Assembly: GCA_977020255.1 (NCBI GenBank) | Contig: CDROCS010000983.1 | Span: forward strand, 186,001 to 250,000 | Source: Obrimoposthia wandeli | Lineage: Eukaryota | Direction: 5' to 3' | Length of the DNA: 64,000 bases | Shown: piece after piece, positions 1 to 12,406 of the stretch | How positions within the stretch are numbered: position 1 is the first letter of the stretch | Layout: every line of letters begins with the position of its first letter | Notes under the pieces: model-generated | Seen by the model: only the letters and a program-made list of their open reading frames with translations | The model's database searches: none | Told to the model about the DNA's origin: nothing | Position numbers and translations under genes: made by a program

Positions 1-308
1 ACTTTAGATTTCACTTTAAAAAAGTTAGTAAAACAATATATTTATTAATTCAAAAGCTTTTTTTAATAAACAAATTTCTAACGTAAACAATAGCTTTGCA
101 AAATTATTGAACATTACTCTTTTGTACCACGGGAAAATAATATAAAAATTACATGTTCTGTACTTTTTCAAGACCTACTTTTCTAATTTCTAACTTAAAA
201 AATAACTTCGTAAAATTATTGAAGATTACTCTTTCATGGTTTACTCACCTCTCACTTGTCGCGACCTATGAAGATGAGAAATGGTGGCCGCGTTTCGAAG
301 TATTCCTG

Positions 309-495
309 TCTGAGAGCTTCTTCACGAACTATTGGATTCTGAGTGCTTCTTCGCAAACTAATGGAGTTTGAGTGCTTCTAAATAAGGAAGCCTGAGTTAT
401 TCTTCGCGAAATAAGTGCTTTTAAGTGCTTTCTGAGTGCTTTTTCGGGAACTAAAGGAGTCTGCGTCCTTCTTCGCGAATTAATGGAGTCTGAGT
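309..495. repeat. Degenerate ~29-bp tandem repeat (TCTGAGTGCTTCTTCGCGAACTAATGGAG-like), ~6 copies
   Basis: TCTGAG-type unit starts at 309, 338, 367 and 431, 460, 489 (29-nt spacing). Confidence 0.75.
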
Positions 496-1652
496 TCCAC
501 GATTAATAGGTTCCCGTTCTTCTTACTTAACTAAATCTCAACTTCCTTTTTGAAACCCACTCATCCTACCCCCACTAGATTTATCTTCCTCGGCTCTTTC
601 TCGTTCTACTCATTCCACACACATTTCCCCACGACCTTTTCAAGATCCTAATTTATTATTTTTTCTATTTAAATTCATTTTGACCTTTGATTTTAAGGTT
701 AATTTTTTAAAATATAAATAATTATTTTATATATATTATTCAATTTTCCTTATTCTAACACAAACATAAAATTAAGTTATTTTAAAATTAAATTTTTTTA
801 ACATATTCAAATAGAGTTATAATAAGTATGTTTGTGTTTGAATATACATTTGTTTAATAACATCAAAAAGAAAAATATAAATTCGCAGTAATTATTTATA
901 ATTGATATTAATTGCACTGTATTTGAAACAATTTTGTGTCATATTTTTAATACATTAAATGTAAACAATAAAAAGGCTCAATTTTTAAATTTTTATGTAA
1001 TCAATTTTAATGTTTTCTTTAAAGTTACAGTTGTAGAATAATGTTATTAGTCTTTCAGATATACATCAATGGAACCGATAAAAATCTTGCGGTAAGATGA
1101 ATATTTAGAAAATTGTTAATTATTGCTTTTAAAAAACACACATTTTATTGTAACAACTTGTACTTTAATTTTTATTTTAAAATTTAAATGCATTTGATAT
1201 TTGTGTTTCAAAACCGATTTGTTTAAATATGTTCAATAGAAACCATGAAAACTTTGCGTAAATTTAAATATTTAACATAAATAGTAAAGTCTTTTATTAA
1301 AAAATTTCACTTTAATGTTTAATTAAAAGAAAGAAGTTTTGTTGTAACATTAAAATTTGTTTTATGTTTGAATTTTAAACCAATGTGTTAAAATAAATCA
1401 TTAAAATAATGAAAATTTTGTATACATTTAAATATTTGCGAAAAATAGCTAAGTATTTTGAATTCTTATTAAACATTTTGCTGAATTTTTATCTAAAATA
1501 ACGATATTTAAATATTTTGTTTTAAAATCTGTTAAATTAAAATTATTTTAACCTTCAAAAATATTAACAAATTAATTTGGCAGACATTTAAATTTAAAAA
1601 ATATTATTATTTTTTTGAAATTACAATTTTTTGTTCATCAAGACACCTTAAC

Positions 1653-2279
1653 TTATGGAGGACTATAAGAGTATGGTTGAACTTGATTTTAATAGACAAA
1701 TCCAACCATGAAATAAAATAATCATGTTTGTTCTGATTCTGAACATTAATTTGTGGACGACCTTAAAAATTATACATGGTTAAACGCACAATATCAAGGC
1801 AAACAGAACCATGTACTTAAAATTTTAAAATTTTAAAACCCTTCCATATATGGCCGATCTAACCCTTATGGCTTAATTTGCCTTCTAAAGATGATCCCAA
1901 CCATGTACTCAACCATTGACATTTAAAACTTGATTTTGTCTTTAGCCCGACCCCTTCATCTATGACTGAACATGACTCTTTAAATTTATTGGCCAACCAT
2001 AGACGATCACAACCATACCTTCAAACCTTCAAGTCATAGCTGAACCAGACCCCCATTAGCTATGGACGATCACAACCCCTTGGATGTTTTGGCCAATCAT
2101 ACATGGTCACAACCATACCTTCAAACCTTTATAACCTTTCTCAGCCTGACCCTTTTTGTGTGGACAACTACTCTTGGGGGAGTACGTTATCATTTCCGGT
2201 ATACACATATTTACTTCCGGTTATGATGTAAAGGGCGATGGGTACCCCTTAGTGGTCTGGACTCATCAAACTACCTACT
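1653..2279. mobile_element. Right-hand terminal repeat of a Polinton/Maverick-like element (ends ...TACCTACT), with internal subrepeats
   Basis: Inverted homolog of 50998-51752; terminus reads AGTAGGTA on the - strand, the AG...CT/AGTAG-type end typical of Polintons; abuts a Polinton integrase fragment. Confidence 0.6.
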
Positions 2280-2284
2280 CAAGT

Positions 2285-2410
2285 ATTACAATATATTAAC
2301 TTGTGTTGATGTCTTCAGTATATTTGCCGGAGCTACACCTCAAAATTTTAAATCTGGTACAGATGTTTTAGAAGCAATGAGCAAAGCATTGTTAGCTTAT
2401 ATAGATCCAA
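2285..2410 (+). pseudogene. Polinton-type retroviral-like (RVE) integrase fragment
   Basis: Translates to YYNILTCVDVFSIFAGATPQNFKSGTDVLEAMSKAL, matching the YILTxIDVFSxxAxAxPxKxK motif; paralogous to 46562-46750. Confidence 0.7.
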
Positions 2411-4700
2411 TTAGACTGCTTGTTCAATATACGAAGGTTTATCAAGATAAATCTCACCTTTTTGCATGAAAATAATGTTTAAATCGTCAGTAATTTGAAT
2501 ATGACGCTTAGACCACGGACTAAAAGCAAGATTTACGAATTTTTGATCGTTATTTCGCAATACATGCTTCAAAACGCTTTTTGAGGTTTTCTGCCGTCGT
2601 GCTTTATTAGTTATTTTGTAACGTAAAAACATTTTTAAAATCGTTAGTACTAACAGCTCGTTTTCTCCAGTTAAAGTTCATCATGTTTAAATATTGGTAC
2701 TTGTTTATACTTAATAGTTATATGTACAGTATTTAATTTAACACCGAGACATAAATAAAACTGTAATAGATCAGATTGTATGCTATAATTTAACTATGGA
2801 CCATATGTTAGTAATAATTTTGCTACTGTTGAGACGGGAAGATATTCATGATATGGTGCAAGTGGCAAGTCGTCAACCATGTCATGAATATTAGGTGAGA
2901 TAGTCAAGTCAGTTTCCATCAAGTAACTATTGGGTAAACGTTTTAAATCCCTGCTTGTTATAAGCTCAAAGCTAATCTGTACAAGTTAATAATATCGATA
3001 AAGAGAATTATTGTATCATTGTCTGCTTGGACATAATGTTTGTTACTGAACGGGATTCCTTATCTAATACCTGTCCCAAACATGTATATTTCCACGTCCT
3101 GTATTAATTCTATAATATGTGTTTTTGATTAAAGCCCACTAGCCCAGCTAAGACCCGAAATGCTAAAAAAATTTAATGCCTCTATATTGTTGTTGTCTTT
3201 AACCTTTTGTCTAAAGACTTGAAACACGTCTCATAGCCAGTAAACGTCTAAATGCATATGCTCTAACATATTGTATTCGATAGTTTACACCCTAATACGG
3301 TCTATATCCTAAGAACCTCGGCACACGTACAATCAGTAAAACTAGGCTGAAATTCTGATTTATGTGGTAAGGCCGTTTCCATTAAGTTGACCTCACTATC
3401 GATATACTCATAAGGAAATGCCTTTAAGAAGTAATAATACTTAGAGTATGGTATCAATAAGTATAATAAGATGGTAGGATTTTAACTAGTGAATCAACAC
3501 TGGAGGGAAAATGTATGAATCAATGAATTTCTATGTCTCCTGTTTCATATCAATACGAAAGGACGTGATTTTTATCACTGGATTTAGATATATCTGAGTA
3601 TGATTTACTTTTCAAATTGGCATATTTAAGTATATAAGGTTATGGAATACAATTAGTAAAACACGTATCTTGCTGAATTTTTGTTATAAATTACATGTAT
3701 TATATGTAGCACCCAAATATTTCCCCGTAATATGGTCATATTCTTTAACCATTCTATTATTAAATGCGCCGCAAAGGTAACAATTGGCGTTATATAGAAA
3801 TTAGTACATCTTCATTAGTTAAATTTATTTAAGCTTGCATGTAATCAAGATGAAAATCCGAAACTTGACCATTTATTACTTCAGTCAATTTATCTACAAA
3901 ATAGGCATTACAATCAAGTCCATAGTAAGTAAAGTATTGAAAACTATCTACATTATTTTTAAATTGAACATCTGGTTCTAGTATTGATTCAAAATTTGCA
4001 TATAATACAAAAGAGGGAAAAACATACTTTGAAAAAAGGGTAAATTTACACAATGATTCTTTTGGTATGGTGAAGAATTATCTTGTATCAGTATTTACAT
4101 CACAATGCATGATGTACTTTTTAAATGCAAGTTCAGTTCACAAAATAAACAAGCATTTTGAGCACCAAGAAAGTCGGATACTGTATTTACGCGTATTCAA
4201 GAGGTGATTTAAATGAACTATCCCGTTAAAATGTTCTAACAAAACTTATTTAACCACTTAATCACTTTTCTTCAAGGACGTAAGATAAATAAGATTAACA
4301 TCATGGTTTTTTAATACAGTTTTATCAGTATGATTAACCTTTTTCAAACTATATTGAAAAACTGTGATTGAAATTTTATTATTACGTTCAAATTTAGGTA
4401 TTTCACATATCTTCATTGTCTTATCTGCATAAATAAGATCATTTAGATATGCTGTATATTGGTATGGTTTACTTATTTTTTATTTATGTCGTCATAATCT
4501 AAAATGGCCTTAACTGAAAAACAATTTTTGTCGTCTTTTAAAACATTCACAATCGTCTACATTTACAAGTGATTCAGGGATTTTTATGTACGATGTACAA
4601 CTAATGAAAAGTAATACAGTAAAATTCAAACTCAATTTGTACAATTTAGGTAGACCAAGCTAAACTCCAGGCACTATATACTTCCATTTTATTATTAAAT
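2400..4700 (-). pseudogene. Decayed protein-primed DNA polymerase B (Polinton/Maverick)
   Basis: Fragments in correct order on - strand with many stops/frameshifts: SYIKIPESL..IVNVLKDDKNCF; PSFVLYANFESIL; CYLC..DHITGKYLGATYNTCNL; KFIDSY; KGEIYLDKPSY. Confidence 0.8.
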
Positions 4701-5795
4701 TCGGTTGTTTTTGTATTAATAAAATTTCCTTCGAAAATAATAACCTTACAACTATTATGCCATGACTTGTAAGTACCATAACTTCCAATAAAATTCAATT
4801 TCTATATCATACTGAATTTTAAAGTCATCAATAAGTTTAATTAATTAACCTAATTTTTCGTCATTAATGTATAATTGTTTCATGTTTTCAGCCTCAGTAT
4901 CAAAATTAATGACGACTGAACTGCACCGCCTTGTTGGACAACTATAAGTTCAACTACAACAGGTTTAAATAAATAAGATTCAACAAGACGGGTGAACTCA
5001 ACTACATGGGGCTCAATTACCTCACTTCAACTATTGGCTAAATATTAGCAGAGTCAACTACAGGTTCATCTTCATCAAGAGTTTAGTCAATAATAGGCTC
5101 GACTTTGCTAATATTAGCTAAAATATCATCAATGTCTCTAAAGTCAATATAAAAATTGAATTTATCATTATTAAGATAGAGTCGAAAAACGTATATAGTA
5201 AAATCAAAAAATCGTTGTCAGTTAACGAATCTATATAATTAATTTTTCATGATTTATTTGTCTTATATTCAGATTTTTCATGGTTAAACAAATCTGACTT
5301 TATTTGTTTGTCTAGTGATAAATTATACAGATATTTGGCTTATTCTGATCTTTACAAATATCGGGCCCTTCTGTTTACATAATACTTTGCCATTATAGTA
5401 TAACAGGAGGTATCAAAGACAGTATTATTAAAATAAAAATATCGACTAAAAAATCCTCTTTCACTGCCACCAAAAACCCTAGAAAAACATGAACTTTAGC
5501 CATATCAATCAAAACAAATCTTATAATAGCATCACAGTCAAGTGTAATACCATTCAAATTGAAATATGTTTATAAAGCAAAAAGCACGGGGATTTTATTT
5601 ATCAATTCACTAATTTTAATGGCATTTTCCAATTATAATAAAACGGCGTTAACCTTAATATTACGTAGCTCACTCCGTTTAACCTCCAATTGAAAATTTA
5701 TTCCCCGTCTATTTGTTAATTTATGCTAACTTAAATCAATCGAGTCGGGATTTAACTTTAACTGTATGACATACTGCTTATAGGACCTATCATTA

Positions 5796-6158
5796 TCATC
5801 TAAATAGAGTAGATGGTGGTGTTAGCACTGATTTATTTAGATATATCATGTCAGTGAACTTTGTTAGAACAAAGCTAACATCGTGAATTCTAACCAGAGT
5901 CCATCCACTACTTAACTCGCTATAATTAGCAATTTTTTCATCTAGGTTTCTTCCAATTTCAGTTACAAAATTATCATAGAAAACAGTTGCTTTATGTGAA
6001 ATTACCCAAGTTTTAGACTCCTCATTGACATTTATAAACTGCACTGTTGTGCAAAATTGAACCTTAGCCTGTCCTAATTTAGTCACTTCTAATTTTAAAA
6101 GACTTTCAATATTTGAATCTACACCTACATTTAATAAAATTTTATTTCCTAATGGCAC
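5796..6158 (-). pseudogene. ORF with SGWTL..I motif resembling the pPolB N-terminal region
   Basis: ELSSGWTLVRIHDVSFVLTKF resembles the SGW-x4-I segment preceding Polinton PolB; no other motif. Confidence 0.35.
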
Positions 6159-6254
6159 CTTAACTATAATATATTTATTATTTAGGTGATACTCTATAGT
6201 AGCACCGTTTTCCCTACATTTCTTTATAAAGAAATTGGCCTCGCCTCTTTCTTC

Positions 6255-7347
6255 CTACAATCGCTGACAAACCTCCCCTAATTGAATGGGAAGACAACTA
6301 TTTATATTAACAGTTGATGCTGGTGCTGCTGATGTTGAGGCAATCGCAGCTGATGTAGTAGGTGCTGCCGCATATGATGAGACGATGGCGCTTGTAGATG
6401 CTGCATTTGAGATTAGAGTAGATGAGGTAGTAGCTGGCATTGCCGACGGAGAAGCAGCTGTTGTAGAGGTTGATGATGCATCTGCTGAAATAAATATATT
6501 AAAAATATATATATTTTTAAAAATTATTACCTCTAAGGCGTACAAACATAGATGTAGGCACTCGCGATGGGGGAGGCATAGCAGTCGTAGCGGATGACGG
6601 CGTCGGCTGTATTTCCTGAAAAAAAAAAAATATATATAATTACAATTTTAAAAAATAGTCAGAAAATAGTAATAAAAAAATACCTACTGAAGGCAATCCC
6701 GCTGTAGCTGGTTGAAAGTCCTCTTCATTGACGGAATCCATCCAGCTGTCGTCTGTTAACTCGACGAAATCGGATTTCTCGATGGTCTCCAACCGTTGTC
6801 GCTCCACTGAGACTGCTCCATCTCGAAATCTGACGGGGTGATATTTTCGATCCAGTCATTGTTCGAGAATTGGATTGCTGGCGCCAACTCTTCAAAATCT
6901 TCTTTGGAGATGTCGTTCATTCACTCATTGTTAGTTATTTGAGTGGATGAGGCCACTGCAGAATCGGGAGACGGGAGAGAAGGACAAATCGCAGGACCGT
7001 AAACGGGTTGAATGGCTACAACTGGAACAGGGGCATGAGCTGTAGCGACATGTGAATCGCGCACCAATTGCACGATAGCCCCCTTTTTGTTGTTGACCGT
7101 GAAACCGGGTAGGTGATCTCGATGTTCACTGAAGAAGTCTCGAAGTCCTTCTCCTCCATAGTTCTGCAGAAGGGGCAGACGAAGAATACCCGTCCTTGAG
7201 ATTTTATCCGATAGTAGGCGGACATTATGTCCATGCAGGAATCTCATCCTTGCGGAGCCGAAGCACCACAATAAGCAGGGTATAGGTTACACGTAATCTA
7301 AAAAAATTAATATTAATAAAGAAATAAAAAATAAAGTTTCTTACCAT
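6255..7347 (-). pseudogene. Intron-containing gene/pseudogene: Cys-rich N-terminus, acidic Trp-containing repeats, Ser/Thr/Ala-rich tail
   Basis: ATG at 7347 followed by 47-nt GT-AG intron (7298-7344); further introns 6616-6683 and ~6482-6530; CxxC/CPFCR motifs; in-frame TGA at 7244-7246 and apparent frameshifts; TATATAAG upstream. Confidence 0.55.
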
Positions 7348-8849
7348 ATTCATTATTTCAAATAGTCAGGTATTGAAATGAAAAAAGTGTTTGCTTATAT
7401 ACTAAATTTTATGCACACATGCTCTTTTCTTATTGGATGAAAATATTGTATTTATTCCTCCACTGAGAAGGATTGTTTATCATTGGTTGATAATATTATT
7501 TTTAATATATTTTATTCCTCCAATTAAAAGGATTATTTGTAATTGGATGAAAATTTTATTTTGTAAATAATGAATTTCTCCAATTAGAAGAATTGTTTAT
7601 CTACATGTCAAGTAATAATAAGATAGACTTAAACATTTTTTAATATGCGCAATGATCACCATGATCACGATATGGACAGCAAATATTTCGTGGAATTTTT
7701 AATATATGATCACGTGAAATATTTAAAGTATTCAATCTCAAATTTGGAAAATATTTTTTAAAGTCTTATACTTTTAGCCATCCATTTCATCAATAACATA
7801 AAAATTTCCATTTTCAATATAAAAATTAGATTTAATTATATCAAAAATATATATTTCACAAAAAGCTTTATGTCCTTCTCTCCATTTTAATAAATGAAAA
7901 TAATTAGTTAGATATAAATTTCTAAATTTTTTCTTATAATCTAAACTCCTAAACCGGATATCTACATGAAATATGAAATACAAAGGATGATAAACGTCGC
8001 ATATATCCATAATACATAATTCTTTTATAATATAATCTCCATTTTTGTTAATGAAAGCCTCAAAATCTATGATTTATTCTTGCATAATTACCTAAATATG
8101 TAGCAAATCCCTTTGATTATATGAATAAATTTTTTTTTTTTTAAATAACAAAGTACTCAGGATTCATTTTTATCTTTAAGATTGGTACATATTTTCAATT
8201 CTCCTATGAATATTAAAATAAATTATATTAAATGTAAACATACCTAAATATTTTGAAAGTAAATTACATATTTTATCTGCAACAATTTCCAGAGTATCAT
8301 TTTTGCAGAAGTAATTTATTTTCATAATCTTCCATTAAATCTGGAGATAATTTAATGTATAATTTATTCCTAATTATTTTATTATCCATGTTATAAAAAA
8401 TATTATATATAAACTTGTTTATATTTAGTATGCTTGTGTAAAATATTTAAACAATTAGGTAACATTATATATAATCAATAAAGTCCAAAGAGAAAAATAA
8501 TATTCAAAAAAAAAATCTTTCGGTTTAATCTGGAGGATTCTCTTTCTTGCTGCTCGGCGATTGTCCTCCAAATACTCTCTTCATTATTCATCCAGTTTCT
8601 GGTCAACAGAGGGACAACCACGTGACGGTGTTTCAAGCACTGGGATATTTGAGGATTGTTGTGTCCCTATATTACCGGAGGAATATAGTTATCGTCGCTT
8701 GACTCCGGCTTTTTTACATTCATTGGTTTAAATTCCTAACCAGACTTTTTGCGGCCTAAATTTCAAACTAGAACTACACCACACTACATTAGTTTTAGGG
8801 CCTTCTCAGTTATATTGCACACAACTCTGAACCACACCAACCAAAAAAC

Positions 8850-9704
8850 ATAAAAAAGAAAACCTTCAGATTTGAGACTAGAATTAAGTAAGATAAGAAT
8901 AGGTACGCCACAAACATCTGTAAGCCCTATGTTGGGAATTAAAATATTACATTTTAAATTTAAATCAATTTATCGAAGTGGCCACAGTCGAACATCAATT
9001 TTTGTCAGTGATGTTCAGGTTTTATCTTGTGCTTCGAGGTAGGAAAATTTCCCGCAAAGTAGTAGATAACATAGAAGAAATGACTGCATCCTCTATCGTT
9101 TTTTCTACCTATCCAATTTTAAGTGCACTACATACACACATGTTATTTTACTGCTTCTATCTGTGTAGAGGTGCCGATTTACGTGTGTGTCTACAAATTT
9201 ATGTAATGTCACTTATGATAGAAAAATTAATATAAAATTGTTTGTCATAGAAAGATTTGATATAATTTCTAAACTACTTTTTTAAATTGCTACAGAAAAG
9301 AAGAATTATTGCTGATCATATTTATTACTGTTATTACAGAAAACAGAGAATATTACTGACCATATTTATTATTGTTATTACAGAATACAGAAATTATTGC
9401 TGTTACTACAGAATACGATACAGGAATTATTGCTGACCATAGTTATTACAGAATACAGAAATTATTGCTGACCATTGTTATTGCATTTACTGATTAAAAC
9501 AGAATTTTAACTGATCATTATTTTATTGTTATTGCTGAAAATATAATTTTGCTGATCATTATTTGTTGCTGTTATTACTGAAAACAGAAAATATTGCTAA
9601 TGAATTAGTTGGAAATAATAATCAAATATAACACCTATCCCTACAGAACTCACGTCGGGGACCTCCATACGAGAATCTAAGAGTTTCAATTAGAAACCCC
9701 AACA
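8850..9704 (+). mobile_element. Divergent 3' (U5) fragment of the LTR family seen at 22904, 26785 and 32816
   Basis: ACCTTCAGAT...GAACTCACGTCGGGGACCTCC...GTTTCAATTAGAAACCCCAACA mirrors the ends of the three larger LTRs; interrupted by a nested solo LTR. Confidence 0.7.
8930..9633. mobile_element. Solo LTR (704 bp) of a second family nested in the LTR fragment
   Basis: TGTT...AACA termini flanked by 4-bp direct repeat CCTA (8926-8929, 9634-9637); internal degenerate TTATTACAGAA-ACAGAAATTATTGCTGA repeats at ~9290-9600. Confidence 0.8.
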
Positions 9705-11574
9705 TGGGCATAACTTGAAGGTTATAGTGCTTATAAAATTTGAATTTTGCCCAATATTTACATCAGTAAAAAAATTAGCAGTGAGTGAAATTTCTCCGGA
9801 GATACCTCCAGTAGATCTTGAATCTACTGCTTTAGAAACTATAATTCGAAATTTTAGTAACCTTCTCTGAAACTAAGTGGGTTACATTTAAAAATAACTA
9901 ATGAATTCGGACTGACACTACACTTCTTGCGGCATTTCAAAATAATATTATTTTTTTAAAACTATAATATTTTTTATATTAACACACATTTATGATTTTG
10001 TAAAGATAACCATAGAATAGATTTCTTGTTGCATGATCCTGGTATTGTATCTTGTTATAGTAACTGTTCTTCCCTCTTTTTGAACAATTGAAACAAGCTT
10101 GTTTGTTTAATAAGTTGCAAATGGATCAAACACATACATTGTCATTATTTAACATAAATAGCTATCAATATTTCCTTGGCATATAAGAAATATCAGTATT
10201 GATAATGTAGCCTCCAAGTTTGAAATATAGAATCAGATCAATGTAGTAAACTCCATTGAAATTATCTTCCAATTATTATTCTGCCGATTCTTGCACTTAC
10301 ATTGAATTAGATTTTTTTTTAAAATTTACATTGTTTTTTACAATTTTTTTATATTTTAACAATTTTGTTTTTGTTGGTTTGTATCTCCGAATCAAATAAT
10401 CTGTAAATAAGCACTGTTGTAGGATTTGTTAAAGCGACAATGGATTTAATTTCTTAACGTTAATTTTCAGTTTTTGGTATTTGACATTAGTTTATGACAA
10501 AGTCTGATGCCAAAAGAAATATTAAGAATATACAGGGGATTTTAATCAATTATATAATTTTGACAGTTGTTTTGTTATTGCTCAAAAGTTGAACCTATAT
10601 ATTTTTATGACGATCGAAATAAATTTGATATTTTAGACACGATCAAGAAAAATAGAAAAATATTATTTTTAAAATCATTTATTCAAATCCAAAATTTCAT
10701 TCCATACACACATGCAAGGTTTTAAACTACAGAGGCATGCCTACTTCCTCTCTTTGGAGGAGGCAGAAGGGGTTGATCAAACTGGACAAATTCACCTGCT
10801 TATATATATTTATATATATAAATTTATATAAATAATTGTAACTGCTATTATTTACATTTTCCAATATTACATTTAAAATTAAACAAACAATTATTCAATC
10901 TTACAATATCAGTATAAAGCGATAAAACAAATGTATAGAACCAAATGTATTTAACAGATAATGTCATTATTCTTTGCAGTCACTGATATGCTTGAAATTC
11001 AGAATCCTTTGCCAATTTCTCAAAACTTGCTGGAATTGAAGTTGTGGCAACTCTCAAGTTGCATTCCAAGTGAAATTATGTAAGTCTTTTCATTATAAAA
11101 ACTACAAACATTTGTAGGAACTGCCGAACATTGAGGCATGTTTTCTGGCAAAATAGTATTAGTGGAAAGTTCATTAACGAAAGATAAAAGTAATAGTCTA
11201 ACAAAGGTAATATCCTGAATTTCTGTTGAAAATATAAATTGCTTTATTAAATTTTGATTTTATTATACTAATACTTTATGTTATTAACGATGACATTAAA
11301 TGTGGCCTTAAAAGACATTTTTGAAGTTGAATCTTAGAATTACTATAATAGTTGAATCTTTCTATTGGATTAATTTATACACGCGGCACAACTGCAATGT
11401 TGAGACAAATCACGGTAGGGCCGTCTATGAGAAGTAATCTGTTAAGTAGTCACAATTTAGATGACTACTTAAAAGTCGTTTTAAGTCTAACTCCAACAAT
11501 GCCTTTCTGCGCTCACTTTCGAAATTGTTTTCCAGACTGTATTGATAAGATAAGAAAGCTATATTCATAGTAAA

Positions 11575-11830
11575 TACACACAGGCAATTAAATTTCTTAT
11601 AGCATACCGTAAGGTGTCTTCTACTTCATGTAAGACCGATGAATCTCCTTGGGAGATTGTTTGTATGACACTGTTTTGTGGTTTCCTAGGTTGTGACAGC
11701 ATTTTCTGAGTATTTTCAGAGTATTGGAGAAGTAAATATTGTATTTTCTGGTAATTCAATTTCTTCCAAAAAGTGGGTCAGAAAGTTTAATTTGGTAATT
11801 TATTTTTATAATACATACATCCACTTTTCT
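11575..11830 (-). mobile_element. Dispersed repeat, copy 1 (copy 2 at ~47225-47450); possible Mutator-like transposase relic
   Basis: Clear nucleotide homology to 47225-47450; - strand carries W-x5-(R/H)TNNL reminiscent of the MULE RTNNxxE motif, with stops. Confidence 0.4.
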
Positions 11831-12406
11831 AATCCTGACCAATTTGTCGGCAGTTGGTATCTACTCGATCAGGTATTGTATCCAGTTTCTGAATATCTAC
11901 ATTAGCAATATGTATCACAACTTAGTATCCATCGACGTCACTGCATGTTACTCTTGATCACCACTTGAACAGTATGCAAGAGCTCATGATATTCATTGAC
12001 AACGAATGAACCTGCAGATCATCAACATGGCCAAGAAGCGCTTTTCTCAAACTTCAAAACTTACCATAATGTCGAGGCTTACGAACGGGTAGAAATACTA
12101 GTATCTTGTGGCTGAAGTCAAGTCGAGGCTGTTCGATTGGGCAGCCTACGTTAATATGGTCTCATTGGGTGCATGGGTTCCTGGTAATCAAACAATGACG
12201 TGATTCTTCGATACCTGGGCTTGTTGCAAGGATCAATCGATTCACTGGCTAAATACTATGCGAGCCTTAATCAAGTGAAGTGAAGAGACCTGGCACCTTT
12301 ATCACGATAGCAGTTACTCGGTGCCGACATTTAGACTCAGCCCCTAGCTTAACTTATCTTTTTCGAGACTCCTATCTCATTCTTCTCTTTCTTTCTCTTT
12401 CTAACA

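Noticed and set aside
6286-6597. Ala/Val/Asp-rich + strand ORF
   Set aside because: Antisense shadow of the Ser/Thr/Ala-rich exon and runs across its intron.
8850-9720. LTR fragment as the 5' LTR of the gypsy element, with TGGGCATAAC as PBS
   Set aside because: Too divergent from LTR A for an element with near-intact ORFs; no gag follows; I cannot match the putative PBS to a known tRNA 3' end.
11930-12340. GC-richer, coding-looking segment upstream of pol as a gag remnant
   Set aside because: Stops in all frames and no Gag/zinc-knuckle motif; origin unknown.
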